59,482 bases of DNA, from contig CBFHXO010000001.1 in assembly GCA_965659815.1 (NCBI GenBank), positions 1 through 59,482 of the forward strand, in the 5' to 3' direction. The position numbers and the translations under genes were made by a program. This DNA is from Pseudomonadales bacterium (GTDB lineage: Bacteria > Pseudomonadota > Gammaproteobacteria > Pseudomonadales > UBA7434). Below, piece after piece: positions 39,647 to 49,681 of this stretch. Below the pieces are notes generated by a model. That model was not told the DNA's origin and made no database searches. It saw only the letters and a program-made list of their open reading frames with translations. Each line of letters begins with the position of its first letter. Within the stretch, counting starts at the first letter, position 1.

Positions 39647-40036
39647 TTATGCACCAATAACTAAAATCGCCTCAACTTCTATCATCGCACCTTTAGGTAA
39701 GGCGGCAACCTGAACGCAGGCACGAGCAGGAAATGGCGGTTCGAGAAAAGTTTCCATCACTGCATTCAGCTGTTCAAAATCAGATAAATCTGTCAGGGAA
39801 ATATTTAACTTCACACAGTCGTTGAGGCTGCCACCGGCCGCCTTGGCCACCGCCGCCAGGTTGTTAAACACCTGTTGCGCCTGGGCTTTAATACCGCCAT
39901 CACAAATCACCATAGTCCCAGGAACTAAGGGAATTTGTCCAGAGAGGTAAACCGTATTGGCTACCCTTACCGCTTGCGAATAAGGGCCGATGGCAGCAGG
40001 CGCTTGATCAGTTTGAATAATCGTTTTTTCTGGCAT
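39647..40036 (-). CDS. ridA: RidA/YjgF-family enamine/imine deaminase
   Basis: TDQAPAAIGPYSQAV...YLSGQIPL...ARACVQVAALPKGAMIEVEA. Lies directly downstream of spoT. Confidence 0.88.
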   Translation of the reverse strand: MPEKTIIQTDQAPAAIGPYSQAVRVANTVYLSGQIPLVPGTMVICDGGIKAQAQQVFNNLAAVAKAAGGSLNDCVKLNISLTDLSDFEQLNAVMETFLEPPFPARACVQVAALPKGAMIEVEAILVIGA

Positions 40037-40070
40037 GAATGTACTTGATTGCTCCTACAAAACCGGTTGG

Positions 40071-42212
40071 CTAACGCTTAACACGGGTTACCCTGGCGAC
40101 TGATTTGATCACCCGTATACGTCGAATAATTCGAGCCAGATGAACACGGTCATGAACGGCAAGGTATATGTGAATAATGCTGGCTTTAGAATCGCGCTCT
40201 TCAACCTTAATTGATTCGATACTAGCATCGAGGCTATTCACCTTGTTGGCCAGCTGCGCAATAATGCCGCGCTGTTGTTCAACTTCGACTTTTAATTCAA
40301 CTCGGTACTCACCTTGTACATCATCGTGCCAACGCAATGCAACACTGCGCCCTTCTTTATCGCGTTCTTGAATTTCATGAAAATTGCGGCAGTCGGCCAC
40401 GTGTACCACAACACCGCGCCCGGCGGTAATATGGCCACCAATATCATCGCCCGGTATTGGGCTACAGCATTTGGCAAAGTTAATCATCATGCCCTCAGTG
40501 CCTGCAATCACCAAAGGCTTTTCGCGATTACCAATGACCATATCATCGACATTGTCGTCTTCATGGATATCAAGCAACTGGCGTGCGGTGAGGTAGGCGA
40601 CGCGATCACCCAGACCCACCTCTTCCAGTATTTGTTCAAAGTCGACAGCGCCGGCACTATCAACCAACGCTATGCGTTGCTCGCTGGTCACTTCATCGAG
40701 GCCAGAACCAAAACTCATTAGCGCTTTATTTAACAACCTGCGACCAAGCTCTATCGACTCGCCACTTTTTAAGTGTTTCAGATAATGGCGAATTTGGCTG
40801 CGCGCCCGACTGGTAGCCACCATATCGAGCCAGCTTGGGTTGGGCTTGGCACCGGGAGCAGTAATAATTTCAATGGTCTGGCCGCTTTGTAGGGGTTGCG
40901 ATAACGCAGCCAAGCGTCGATCAATACGGCAACCTACGCAGCTATTGCCAATATCGGTATGTACCGCATAGGCAAAATCTACCGGCGTGGCTCCAACCGG
41001 CAGCTCCATAATTCGCCCTTTGGGAGTAAACACGTAAACCTCTTCAGGAAACAAATCGACTTTAACGTTTTCGATAAATTCCAGCGAGTTACCCGCGTTT
41101 TGCTGTAGCTCTAACAAACCCTGCACCCATTGGCGCGCACGCGCATGACTGCCCACCATAGCGTCCTGATTATTGGCTTTATACAGCCAGTGCGCCGCTA
41201 TCCCGTTATTGGCCATCTGTTCCATTTCTTCGGTACGCACCTGAATTTCTATCGGCACACCGTGCATACCAAACAACACCGTATGCAGCGACTGGTAACC
41301 ATTGGCTTTGGGAATAGCGATGTAATCTTTAAAATGACCAGGCCGCGGTTTATATAAACTGTGTACCGAACCCAGGGTGCGATAACAGTCATCAGCCGAG
41401 TTAACAATAATTCTGAATGCGAAAACATCCATAATTTCGGTAAACGACCGGCTCTTGCTACGCATTTTTTGATAAATGCTATAAAGGTGTTTTTCGCGGC
41501 CAATTACACGGGCGGGAATACCGTCTTTGGCCAGCTGCTCAGCAATTTGCTTTTCGATATTGGCCACCAACTCTTTGCGATGGCCACGGATGGCGGCAAT
41601 GGCCGCCTTAATTCGCTTGGCACGCATAGGATACAGTGTGGCAAAACCCAAATCTTCAAACTCTATACGCACATCATTCATCCCCAGCCGGTTAGCAATG
41701 GGCGCATATATTTCCAGCGTCTCTTTGGCAATACGGCGGCGCTTTTCAACCCCCAGTACATCGAGGGTACGCATATTGTGTAAGCGGTCGGCAAGCTTGA
41801 CCAGTATCACGCGCAAATCCCGCGCCATGGCCATGGCCATTTTTTGAAAGTTTTCGGCCTGCTTTTCGGCCTGGGTTTGAAACTCAAACTGGGTTAATTT
41901 GCTAACACCGTCGACCAGCTCGGCAACCGTTTCGCCAAATTGCTCGCTGAGGTCCGCTTTATCGACCTGGGTGTCTTCAATCACATCGTGCAACATCGCC
42001 GCCGCCAGGCTTTGATGATCCATATGCATATCAGCAAGAATATCGGCAACGGCTAGCGGATGGGTGACATAGGCCTCACCGGAGCGGCGGGTTTGCCCTT
42101 CGTGGGCGTGTGCAGCACACAGGTAAGCTTGGCGAACAACATTAATCTGTTCGTCTTCGAGATAGGAGTTTAGCTTTTGTGTTAAATCGTTAATCGTGCC
42201 CGCCATAACCAC
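40071..42212 (-). CDS. spoT: bifunctional (p)ppGpp synthetase/hydrolase SpoT
   Basis: HD domain (HPLAVADILADMHMD...LHDVIEDT), RelA/SpoT synthetase domain, TGS and ACT. GTG at 42212 or ATG at 42206 as start. Confidence 0.94.
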   Translation of the reverse strand: MVMAGTINDLTQKLNSYLEDEQINVVRQAYLCAAHAHEGQTRRSGEAYVTHPLAVADILADMHMDHQSLAAAMLHDVIEDTQVDKADLSEQFGETVAELVDGVSKLTQFEFQTQAEKQAENFQKMAMAMARDLRVILVKLADRLHNMRTLDVLGVEKRRRIAKETLEIYAPIANRLGMNDVRIEFEDLGFATLYPMRAKRIKAAIAAIRGHRKELVANIEKQIAEQLAKDGIPARVIGREKHLYSIYQKMRSKSRSFTEIMDVFAFRIIVNSADDCYRTLGSVHSLYKPRPGHFKDYIAIPKANGYQSLHTVLFGMHGVPIEIQVRTEEMEQMANNGIAAHWLYKANNQDAMVGSHARARQWVQGLLELQQNAGNSLEFIENVKVDLFPEEVYVFTPKGRIMELPVGATPVDFAYAVHTDIGNSCVGCRIDRRLAALSQPLQSGQTIEIITAPGAKPNPSWLDMVATSRARSQIRHYLKHLKSGESIELGRRLLNKALMSFGSGLDEVTSEQRIALVDSAGAVDFEQILEEVGLGDRVAYLTARQLLDIHEDDNVDDMVIGNREKPLVIAGTEGMMINFAKCCSPIPGDDIGGHITAGRGVVVHVADCRNFHEIQERDKEGRSVALRWHDDVQGEYRVELKVEVEQQRGIIAQLANKVNSLDASIESIKVEERDSKASIIHIYLAVHDRVHLARIIRRIRVIKSVARVTRVKR

Positions 42213-42286
42213 AATATAAGCTGTGGCTGGCGGTTTGAATAGAGGAACTGTTGCAGATTAGTCGGTTGTTTTGCTTAACTTTTCTG

Positions 42287-42538
42287 TTACAGACCGAATT
42301 CGGCAGCTAACTCTTCAGTCAAATCATCCATTTCTTCTTCAACGTCGAGGTTTTGCGGATCAACCAGGCCCTTTTCAATTTCACGCAATGCGATCACCGG
42401 CGGTTTATCATCAGCTACTTCAACCATTGGGTCTTTGCCCTGGGTTGCAATTTGTCGCGCGCGTTTGCTGGCAACCATGACCAACTCGAAACGGTTGTCT
42501 ACGTGCTCTAAACAATCTTCTACAGTAATTCTGGCCAT
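42287..42538 (-). CDS. rpoZ: RNA polymerase omega subunit
   Basis: [30 protein letters not shown]. Confidence 0.95.
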   Translation of the reverse strand: MARITVEDCLEHVDNRFELVMVASKRARQIATQGKDPMVEVADDKPPVIALREIEKGLVDPQNLDVEEEMDDLTEELAAEFGL

Positions 42539-42705
42539 AATATCGTTTTACCTGTTCGATGCGTTGAGTCAATTGCGAATCTACTTTTCATCCAACCACC
42601 TTCACCCGGCGGGGAAAAAAGGCCGAGCATTATAAGCAAGTTTGCCGTTATTGGCGAGTACCGCCGACAGCCATATTAACTGAGCGTGACAGAGGTAATG
42701 CGCAA

Positions 42706-43353
42706 TTAGCAAGGGCCCGCGCTGAGCAAATCGGCTAGAAGTGATTGATGTTGTTGCTTTTGTTGACCTATCTGCAAACGCGCGGCACGAATAACCGCGC
42801 CTAAATCGGCCAGTGCGGCAGCAAATTCGTCATTAATCACGAGATATTCGGCTTGCTCGTAGTGCGAGATCTCATCAACGGCCGCCGCCATGCGCTGGGC
42901 AATTACATTTTCTCCGTCCTGGCCGCGATGATTTAGCCTGGCATTTAGCGCTTCCAGCGATGGCGGGAGAATAAAAATACTAACACTCGGCGTTTTTTGT
43001 TCGCTTTTTAGCCAGCTGTGGGCCTGCAGCGCCCCTTGCCAGTCGATTTCCAGAATCACATCAAAGCCCTGCTCCAGTTGTTCATTTACCCATATTTTGG
43101 AGGTGCCATAGGAATTGCCGAACACAGTAGCATGTTCAAGAAAATGTTCGGCATCGACCATTTGCTCGAATTCGGCGGGCTGGACAAAATGATAGTTAAC
43201 ACCATCGACTTCACCGGGCCGAATCGCACGCGTGGTATGCGACACTGATACCCGAAGCTTGGCATCATCTGCAACCAGTGCCTTAACCAGGCTGGTTTTG
43301 CCGGCGCCCGAGGGTGCCGATATTGTGAACAATTTTCCCCGTACCGGACTCAT
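42706..43353 (-). CDS. gmk: guanylate kinase
   Basis: GKLFTISAPSGAGKTSLV P-loop. Start set at M17 of ORF 42706..43401. Confidence 0.92.
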   Translation of the reverse strand: MSPVRGKLFTISAPSGAGKTSLVKALVADDAKLRVSVSHTTRAIRPGEVDGVNYHFVQPAEFEQMVDAEHFLEHATVFGNSYGTSKIWVNEQLEQGFDVILEIDWQGALQAHSWLKSEQKTPSVSIFILPPSLEALNARLNHRGQDGENVIAQRMAAAVDEISHYEQAEYLVINDEFAAALADLGAVIRAARLQIGQQKQQHQSLLADLLSAGPC

Positions 43354-43720
43354 GTGATACAAACCTGAAAGCTGAAAACAAAAAGCTGACCCAACGGACA
43401 AGCTAACGATAAACTTAAAAAGCTAAGGTTAGGCATTATAGAGTAAGTTGCGACCAAATAACTGACCCTATCGCCGTGCTTATTGGCGCAATAATCATTA
43501 TCGCCCGTGAACAAATACCAGTTATCTGCGCTGAGATGCATTCATTTATTTGTCGACTTGCGTTAATAGCGCTGCCGCGTTGTTTACGCACTTGCATTTA
43601 TTACTACAAAAATGCCGCATAACTATCACCTGACGCTTTTATGGTTCTGTATTCAAATCCTAAAGCGCTGAAAATGCGGCCGCTATGTAGTGCGAGCAAT
43701 AAACGATAACTGAAAGCGCT

Positions 43721-44017
43721 ATGAGCGATACTATGGAAATGTCGAATTCAAATAGCGATAAACAGCGACTGCGCGCATTAGAGTCACTCAATATTCTCGA
43801 CATACCCGCTTGATCCAGCGATTGAGTGCAGCACCAATGCCTTGCTTTAGCCTGATTGATGAAAATCGCGTTTAATATCAGTCCTGCTAGGATATCCAGC
43901 TGGAGCAAACTCATCGCAACAACAGCTGTTACGATACAATCATTCAATAAGGCTCACTATTGCTTATCGAAGATACAGCGGCCTGGGTCGCGCGCTGACC
44001 ATTTAGGGGCTAATGCA
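43721..44017 (+). pseudogene. decayed 5' relic of a GAF-domain gene (multiple stops and a frameshift)
   Basis: The first frame reads MSDTMEMSNSNSDKQRLRALESLNILDIPA*. The shifted frame continues LIQRLSAAPMPCFSLIDENRV*YQSC*DIQLEQTHRNNSCYDTIIQ*GSLLLIEDTAAWVAR*PFRG*. This tracks the common RL-AL--ILDTP...SL[IV]DE-RQWFKS--G-...ET-R--SFC...L-[VI]-D[AT]--D-RF--NP pattern. It is truncated by the convergent yicC 3' end. Confidence 0.5.
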
Positions 44018-44908
44018 CTATTCAATATTTTGTACCTGCTCACGCATTTGCTCAATTAAGACTTTTAAATTCACCGCACCCTGACTATTGTCGGTAGCAA
44101 TCGACTTTGAGCCCAGTGTATTGGCCTCGCGGTTTAACTCCTGCATTAAAAAATCCAGCCTACGACCACAGGGTTCAGGCTTGGCCAGTGTGATGCGAAC
44201 TTCAGCTGTATGCGCATTTAAACGGTCGAGCTCTTCCGCAATATCAACTTTTTGCGCCAGCATAACAATTTCCTGTGCTAGCCGGTCGTGATCGACCTCG
44301 ACCTTGAGTTGCTCCAGCCGCGTTTCGATACGCTGCTGGTAATCATTTAACACGCCTGGCATCACCTGTTTTAGCTGATCACTCAACTGGTCAATTAAAT
44401 CAAGTCGTTCGTAAATAAGTGCGGCCATGCGTGCGCCCTCGGCTCCACGCGCCTCAACCAGTTTTACTAACGCCTGATCAAAGCTTTGCAACAGTAGCTC
44501 AGTCAGCAAACTCAAGTCGATCTCGCTGGGCTGCAATACACCCGGCCACTGCAAAATCTCGTTGCGTGTTAGCGGCGTCGCACCAAGCGCTTGATCAGCA
44601 ATTTTTTCGGCTGCATCGAGCAATGCGCTGACCCTGCCCGGATTAATCACCAAGCTTTCCTCACTATCGCTCGCTTTAAAATACAAAGTGCATTCAATTT
44701 TTCCGCGCGCCACCGTTTTACGCAGCCGCTCGCGCAACAAAGGCTCTAATGATTTTAGTTTTTCGGGCAGCTTAAACTGAGTTTCGAGATAGCGATGGTT
44801 AACACTGCGCAACTCCCAGGCAAAACTACCCAGCGCGTTATCACCTTCAACGCGCGCAAACGCGGTCATGCTGTTAATTTTGGCATCGGATAAAGTGCTT
44901 GTTGTCAT
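44018..44908 (-). CDS. yicC: YicC-family stress-induced protein
   Basis: SMTAFARVEG N-terminus and the C-terminal ELNREANTLGSK motif. Start set at M28 of the ORF (296 aa). Confidence 0.88.
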   Translation of the reverse strand: MTTSTLSDAKINSMTAFARVEGDNALGSFAWELRSVNHRYLETQFKLPEKLKSLEPLLRERLRKTVARGKIECTLYFKASDSEESLVINPGRVSALLDAAEKIADQALGATPLTRNEILQWPGVLQPSEIDLSLLTELLLQSFDQALVKLVEARGAEGARMAALIYERLDLIDQLSDQLKQVMPGVLNDYQQRIETRLEQLKVEVDHDRLAQEIVMLAQKVDIAEELDRLNAHTAEVRITLAKPEPCGRRLDFLMQELNREANTLGSKSIATDNSQGAVNLKVLIEQMREQVQNIE

Positions 44909-45085
44909 AATAAAAAGAAATTCTGTTAGTGGCTTAACATCTTTACTATTCAATAGTTTGCAGCTGGCTGGCATTGTATTCGATACCACTACATAGGTGT
45001 ATACTGCGCGGCAAATTCATCGTAGCGCAGAAATTAAACCACTGCGCAAACGATCGGCAACCACCCCAACCAAGAGTAAAAGACT

Positions 45086-45808
45086 ATGGAACGCCCAAGC
45101 GGTCGTCGCAACGATCAATTACGCGCAGTTAAATTTACCCGTGCAGCCACAAAACACGCCGAGGGTTCGGTGATTGCCGAATTTGGCGATACCCGTGTGC
45201 TATGTACTGCATCCATTGCCCAAGGCGTGCCGCGTTTTATGAAAGGTGAAGGGCGTGGCTGGATAACCGCCGAATACGGGATGCTGCCACGCTCAACCCA
45301 CGAACGCATGAACCGCGAAGCTTCGCGTGGCAAGCAAGGTGGCCGCACACTTGAGATTCAACGCCTTATTGGCCGCTCTCTACGCTCGGCGGTAGATTTA
45401 ACGGCAATGGGTGAAAACACCATTACTATCGACTGCGATGTCTTGCAGGCCGATGGCGGTACGCGCACCGCCTCGATATCCGGTGCCTGTGTCGCATTAG
45501 TCGATGCGTTTTCAGTGATGCAAGAAAAAGGCTGGATCAAACAATCACCACTACAAGCGATGGTGGCCGCAATATCGGTAGGCGTTTACAAGGGCGAAGC
45601 GATTCTCGATTTAGACTACCCCGAGGACTCCAATGCTGAAACCGATATGAATATTGTCATGACCGAGCAAGGCAAGTTTATTGAAATTCAAGGAACTGCT
45701 GAAGAAGCACCGTTTGCACAGGATGAATTGACAGCCATGCTGGCGCTGGGCCAGTCTGGCATCAGCCAATTAATTCAGGTACAAAAAATGGCGCTGGCTA
45801 ATCACTAG
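45086..45808 (+). CDS. rph: ribonuclease PH
   Basis: [11 protein letters not shown]...[15 protein letters not shown]...[16 protein letters not shown]. 240 aa. Confidence 0.95.
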   Translation: MERPSGRRNDQLRAVKFTRAATKHAEGSVIAEFGDTRVLCTASIAQGVPRFMKGEGRGWITAEYGMLPRSTHERMNREASRGKQGGRTLEIQRLIGRSLRSAVDLTAMGENTITIDCDVLQADGGTRTASISGACVALVDAFSVMQEKGWIKQSPLQAMVAAISVGVYKGEAILDLDYPEDSNAETDMNIVMTEQGKFIEIQGTAEEAPFAQDELTAMLALGQSGISQLIQVQKMALANH

Positions 45809-45832
45809 CGCCAGGCCTTGTTCGCCGTCGCT

Positions 45833-46624
45833 TTAGTAGCGCGGCATATTGTCTTCGGGGCTGATTTCGTAATCGTAGTCGATACTCAACGGTCCATGGG
45901 TAGAGAACATTTTGCTTTTTAATATACTGCCGTATTCAACGGTTTTGCGCAAACCCTGCGAGACAATCTGGTAGTCGACCCGCCAGCCATTGTCGTTAAC
46001 ATCGCCTTCAGGCCACCAGCTAAATTCGTCGTCGTCACTAATGGCCGCACGAAACGCATCGACATAACCCAGGTCAATTAACATCTGGTCCATCCAGCTG
46101 CGCTCAAGGTCGGTAAAACCCACCCGATCTTTATTCGCTTCGCGGTTTTGTAAATCGCGCGGCTGGTGGGCAATACGAAAATTGCCACAAATGACAAATT
46201 CGCGGCGCTTATGGCGGATTTTGGCCAGATGGTCGTGTAATTGTTGGAAGAACTGGGTTTTGCGCGCCATACTTTTTTCGTCGCCCTCAATCGCCTCGGG
46301 AGCAAGCAGGGAGCCAAAACTGATTTGCTCAAAGTCGGCTTGTATATACCTTGCTTCCATATCAAAGTCGTTAAAGCCCATACCGGTCATAATGGCTTTG
46401 GGCAGGTCACGACAATAAACGGCTACACCATTGGTGCCTTCGGGGTTATCAAAAAAGTAGGCGTTGTATTGAGGAGGAAAGTAAACATCGTCTCGGAGCA
46501 AGTATTCCTGAGTGCGAATATCCTGGACACAGACAATATCGGCATCCTGGCTATCCATCCATTCATAAAAACCGCGCTTAGCAGCCCGTTCAATCCCGTC
46601 AGCACAAAAGCTGATTACCCGCAT
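45833..46624 (-). CDS. crc: catabolite repression control protein Crc (inactive EEP/exonuclease III fold)
   Basis: EEP fold, but the ExoIII NxNG and LQE motifs are replaced (FCADG, VQDIR). RYIQADF, KRREFVICG, FSWWP and GWRVDYQIVS match my recollection of Pseudomonas Crc. Sits between rph and pyrE, as crc does in Pseudomonas. Confidence 0.72.
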   Translation of the reverse strand: MRVISFCADGIERAAKRGFYEWMDSQDADIVCVQDIRTQEYLLRDDVYFPPQYNAYFFDNPEGTNGVAVYCRDLPKAIMTGMGFNDFDMEARYIQADFEQISFGSLLAPEAIEGDEKSMARKTQFFQQLHDHLAKIRHKRREFVICGNFRIAHQPRDLQNREANKDRVGFTDLERSWMDQMLIDLGYVDAFRAAISDDDEFSWWPEGDVNDNGWRVDYQIVSQGLRKTVEYGSILKSKMFSTHGPLSIDYDYEISPEDNMPRY

Positions 46625-46913
46625 TGGATTTCCTCATTGAAACAAATAAAACACGATCACGTTAACGCTGGCTCGGCCTTTTTACGCCAAATAATGGCCG
46701 CAACAGGGTTGTTTTTATAAGCAGAAAGAAACGTTGTCGGTTAAAAGTTCGATTTTAAGTCAAATAGAACCTGTCTGGCTAGCGGGGCAAGCATTTCGCT
46801 ACCTCAACTAACGCACGCTAGTTTAATTAGGTTTATAATTAATTAGTACCAGTTAAATAAATGATTAGTTTACAGATTCCTAAAAAATTGAGCCCCATCA
46901 ACTACGGTTACCT

Positions 46914-47585
46914 ATGCACAAATTTCAGCGCGAATTTATCCAGCTGGCACTCAATGCCCAAGCCCTCTGTTTTGGCGAATTTACACTCAAATCAGGCCGT
47001 ATCAGTCCTTATTTCTTTAACGCAGGAAGATTTGATGACGGTCAATCGCTAGCGATACTCGGCCGCTGTTACGCTGCAGCAATTATCGATAGTGGCGTTG
47101 AATTCGATATGCTGTTTGGCCCTGCTTACAAGGGCATACCGCTGGTTGCGGTTACCGCCGCTGCACTTGCTAGTGAACACCAGCGCAATGTGCCCTATGC
47201 ATTTAATCGCAAAGAGGCCAAAAGTCATGGTGAAGGCGGCTCGATTGTTGGCGCGCCGTTAACCGGTAAAGTGTTGATTATTGACGATGTAATTACTGCG
47301 GGCACCGCTATACGCGAAGTACTGTCGCTGCTATCGGGGTTTGACCAGGCGGCTGCCGCTGGAGTAGTTATTGGGCTCGACCGTTGTGAAAAAGGCAATA
47401 CCGATTTATCCGCTGCGCAAACATTTGAACAGGAATTCAATTTACCGGTTTGTAGCATAGTTTCGATAGAACATTTGCTCGAATACCTGTCTAATGCCGC
47501 GTGCAATACAGATAGTTCAGTGTCTGCCGAACAGTTCAATAAAATAAAGGCTTATTGGCATCAATATGGCGCGATTACGGTTTAA
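46914..47585 (+). CDS. pyrE: orotate phosphoribosyltransferase
   Basis: [19 protein letters not shown] and the PRPP loop [13 protein letters not shown]. Confidence 0.94.
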   Translation: MHKFQREFIQLALNAQALCFGEFTLKSGRISPYFFNAGRFDDGQSLAILGRCYAAAIIDSGVEFDMLFGPAYKGIPLVAVTAAALASEHQRNVPYAFNRKEAKSHGEGGSIVGAPLTGKVLIIDDVITAGTAIREVLSLLSGFDQAAAAGVVIGLDRCEKGNTDLSAAQTFEQEFNLPVCSIVSIEHLLEYLSNAACNTDSSVSAEQFNKIKAYWHQYGAITV

Positions 47586-48252
47586 CAACTTGGTAGCAAG
47601 GCCGCGAACAACAGCGCACAAAGCATTGCCTTCTGTGTTACTGGCAGTCGGGATCGGTTTTGCATCAGTGCAGCCTGTTACAGCTGACTCACGCACCTAT
47701 TACCGGGTGGTTAACGATAATGGCATTATCGAATTAAAGTCGACACTCTCAGCCAAAGAGGCAAAGCGCGGTTACGCTATTGTCTCTTTGGGCGGTAGCG
47801 TGATCAAGGAGGTGCCTGCGGAACTAACGGATGCCGAATACGCGGCCTTGAGCGCAGAGCTTAAGCGACGAGAGAATGAAGAAAAACTCGCGGATAAGAA
47901 CCGCCAATACAATGAATCGCTGATGTTGCGATACAGTACCGTTAAGGATATTGAGGCTGAGCGTTCGCGTAAACTGGCCGAGTTTGATGTGCGAATGAGT
48001 ATTTTGCGCAGCAATATGATGAGTATCAAAGATCAGGTCGAGCGGCAACAAGCCAGGGCGGCCGATATTGAGCGCGGCGGTCGCGAGGTTCCCGACGTTA
48101 TTCACAATAATATTATCAATTTAGAAGATAAACTGCAGCAGGCTGAAGAATCGCTGGAAGTGATGCAGACAGAAAAGGAAACGGTTGAGAATCGCTACGA
48201 CAAGGATATCGAACGTTTTAGCCTGCTTACTGAAAAGTTGCAAAGCCGTTAG
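47566..48252 (+). CDS. DUF4124-like secreted coiled-coil protein
   Basis: Signal-like N-terminus, [16 protein letters not shown] (DUF4124-type beta hairpin), then a long Glu/Arg/Lys coiled coil. The ATG overlaps pyrE by 20 nt; TTG at 47590 is an alternative start. Confidence 0.65.
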   Translation: MARLRFNNLVARPRTTAHKALPSVLLAVGIGFASVQPVTADSRTYYRVVNDNGIIELKSTLSAKEAKRGYAIVSLGGSVIKEVPAELTDAEYAALSAELKRRENEEKLADKNRQYNESLMLRYSTVKDIEAERSRKLAEFDVRMSILRSNMMSIKDQVERQQARAADIERGGREVPDVIHNNIINLEDKLQQAEESLEVMQTEKETVENRYDKDIERFSLLTEKLQSR

Positions 48253-48338
48253 CTTGTTTGGGTAATAAGCCGTTGGCCTGACCGAATAATAAACTGTTAG
48301 CTTATTTTAGCAATAAACCGTTAGCCTAGTTTATCAGT
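48243..48338. repeat. 4 x 24-bp imperfect tandem repeat (core AAnCnGTTnGCnT)
   Basis: Units: aagccgttagcttgtttgggtaat / aagccgttggcctgaccgaataat / aaactgttagcttattttagcaat / aaaccgttagcctagtttatcagt. Identity to unit 1 is 15-18 of 24. Unit 1 contains the stop codon of the preceding CDS. Confidence 0.85.
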
Positions 48339-48408
48339 TTTATCCAATCAGCCTGTGTTGAAGCGCCAGAATAACGACCATTCAACCCTACGCGCTGTCT
48401 ATAATAAA

Positions 48409-49089
48409 CTACCCGACGCTTTGCGCTCGCTGTGCAGCACTCAAGGGTGCTGCGCCTTGGCGGGCAATCGAGTGTTGCGGTTTCTGCATCACACTCTCAC
48501 GGAAAAACCCTGACATAAGCAACTGCCACTGCTCAGCCCAGTTTTGGGTGGGCGGCCGCTTAAATTCACTGCGCACGTATTGACCAATACGCCCTTCTAC
48601 TGTTGCCATTAGCACATTTACCGAGCTGGCAGCAGGAATTGTAGGGCGAATTGATTCATTGATTTCGGCATCCCGTATAATTTGCTTAAGCTGGGTTTCA
48701 AGCCGGTCGTAAAACTGGGCAACACGGGTTCTTAACCGCTCGGTCTCGCCCGCCAGCGCATCGCCATTTAAGATGCGGGAAATACCTGGATTTTTCTCGG
48801 CAAAGCCCAGTAACAAGGTAGTGATTCGCTCTAGCCGAGGCAGTGCCTGGGTTTCTTCACCAAGAATCACGTTAACGCGCGAGAAAATCGCCTCTTCAAC
48901 AAACTCAATAAGCCCCTCGAACATCTTCGCCTTGCTGGGAAAGTGACGGTATAACGCTGCTTCAGATACGCCCACCTCTTTGGCCAGGCCGGCGGTTGTA
49001 ATTCGCTCACCGGGAGCGACTTCCAGCATGTGAGCCAAGGATTCAAGGATTTGTTGGCGACGAGAAAATTTCTGTGCAATTCTAGGCAT
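48409..49089 (-). CDS. slmA: nucleoid occlusion factor SlmA (TetR family)
   Basis: RRQQILESLAHMLE...ITTAGLAKEVGVSEAALYRHFPSKAKMFEGLIEFVEE...LLLGFAEKNPG..RIL is collinear with E. coli SlmA. About 25 extra C-terminal residues. Confidence 0.85.
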   Translation of the reverse strand: MPRIAQKFSRRQQILESLAHMLEVAPGERITTAGLAKEVGVSEAALYRHFPSKAKMFEGLIEFVEEAIFSRVNVILGEETQALPRLERITTLLLGFAEKNPGISRILNGDALAGETERLRTRVAQFYDRLETQLKQIIRDAEINESIRPTIPAASSVNVLMATVEGRIGQYVRSEFKRPPTQNWAEQWQLLMSGFFRESVMQKPQHSIARQGAAPLSAAQRAQSVG

Positions 49090-49653
49090 TGCTCTTCCAG
49101 CTTAAGTGTTCATTTCACGTTTACCGGCGACGAGTGCATATTACGACCAATCATTGGGCTACAATTGCCCCTATAGCTGCGATGTCTGTTGCTCCAGCTT
49201 GCCAATACATCAACTATTTATTGCATCTGTAGCAATGACATTATCAATGACTACTCAATAACATCGATGTACTGCGTGTCGGCCTTACTTTTGCATTGCT
49301 CGTCAGGTAAATTCCCATTATAAAGCGCAGGCTCGAAATTCACTGGCCACTTGGGCTGTAAAGATCCTACTTATCGACTTACACCTACGCGTACTTATCA
49401 TTCTTACCAGTACAACGCATCGAGCCATTGGTGCAATCTTGCGCTTGTCTTTGCTCTTAATCGTTGAAAAACATTTTCTGCATAATTCAAAAAACACTTT
49501 TAAACACAGTATCATATGCAGGTGCTGGGCCATTTGACCCCTAATTGGCTCTTGATTGTTGTTTGCAATTCTATTTGCTGTCAACTTGTCAGCAATTTCA
49601 CTTATCGGCGCACTGCAAGTTTTGTTTTTGTTCTAGCTCTTGTTCTTGTTCTA

Positions 49654-49681
49654 TTTCTAGTTTTTAGTTTTTAGTTTTTAG
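49654..49681. repeat. heptanucleotide tandem repeat (TTTCTAG, then TTTTTAG x3)
   Basis: Read directly. Embedded in a T-rich tract (gttttgtttttgttctagctcttgttcttgttctatttctag...). Confidence 0.85.

Noticed and set aside
43660-43947. 95-aa ORF (minus strand) between gmk and yicC
   Set aside because: It lies antisense to the GAF-gene relic, has low-complexity hydrophobic content and has no start context.
46700-46725. Small hairpin plus T-run (CAAC-agg-GTTG-TTTTT) in the crc/pyrE divergent region, considered as a pyrE attenuator
   Set aside because: The stem is only 4 bp, it lies 190 nt from the pyrE start, and no leader peptide or U-rich pause region is evident.
49318-49584. 88-codon ORF (minus strand) in the argB-slmA island
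   Set aside because: Cys/Arg/Lys-rich and not protein-like, with no SD and no recognisable motif. Treated as non-coding.
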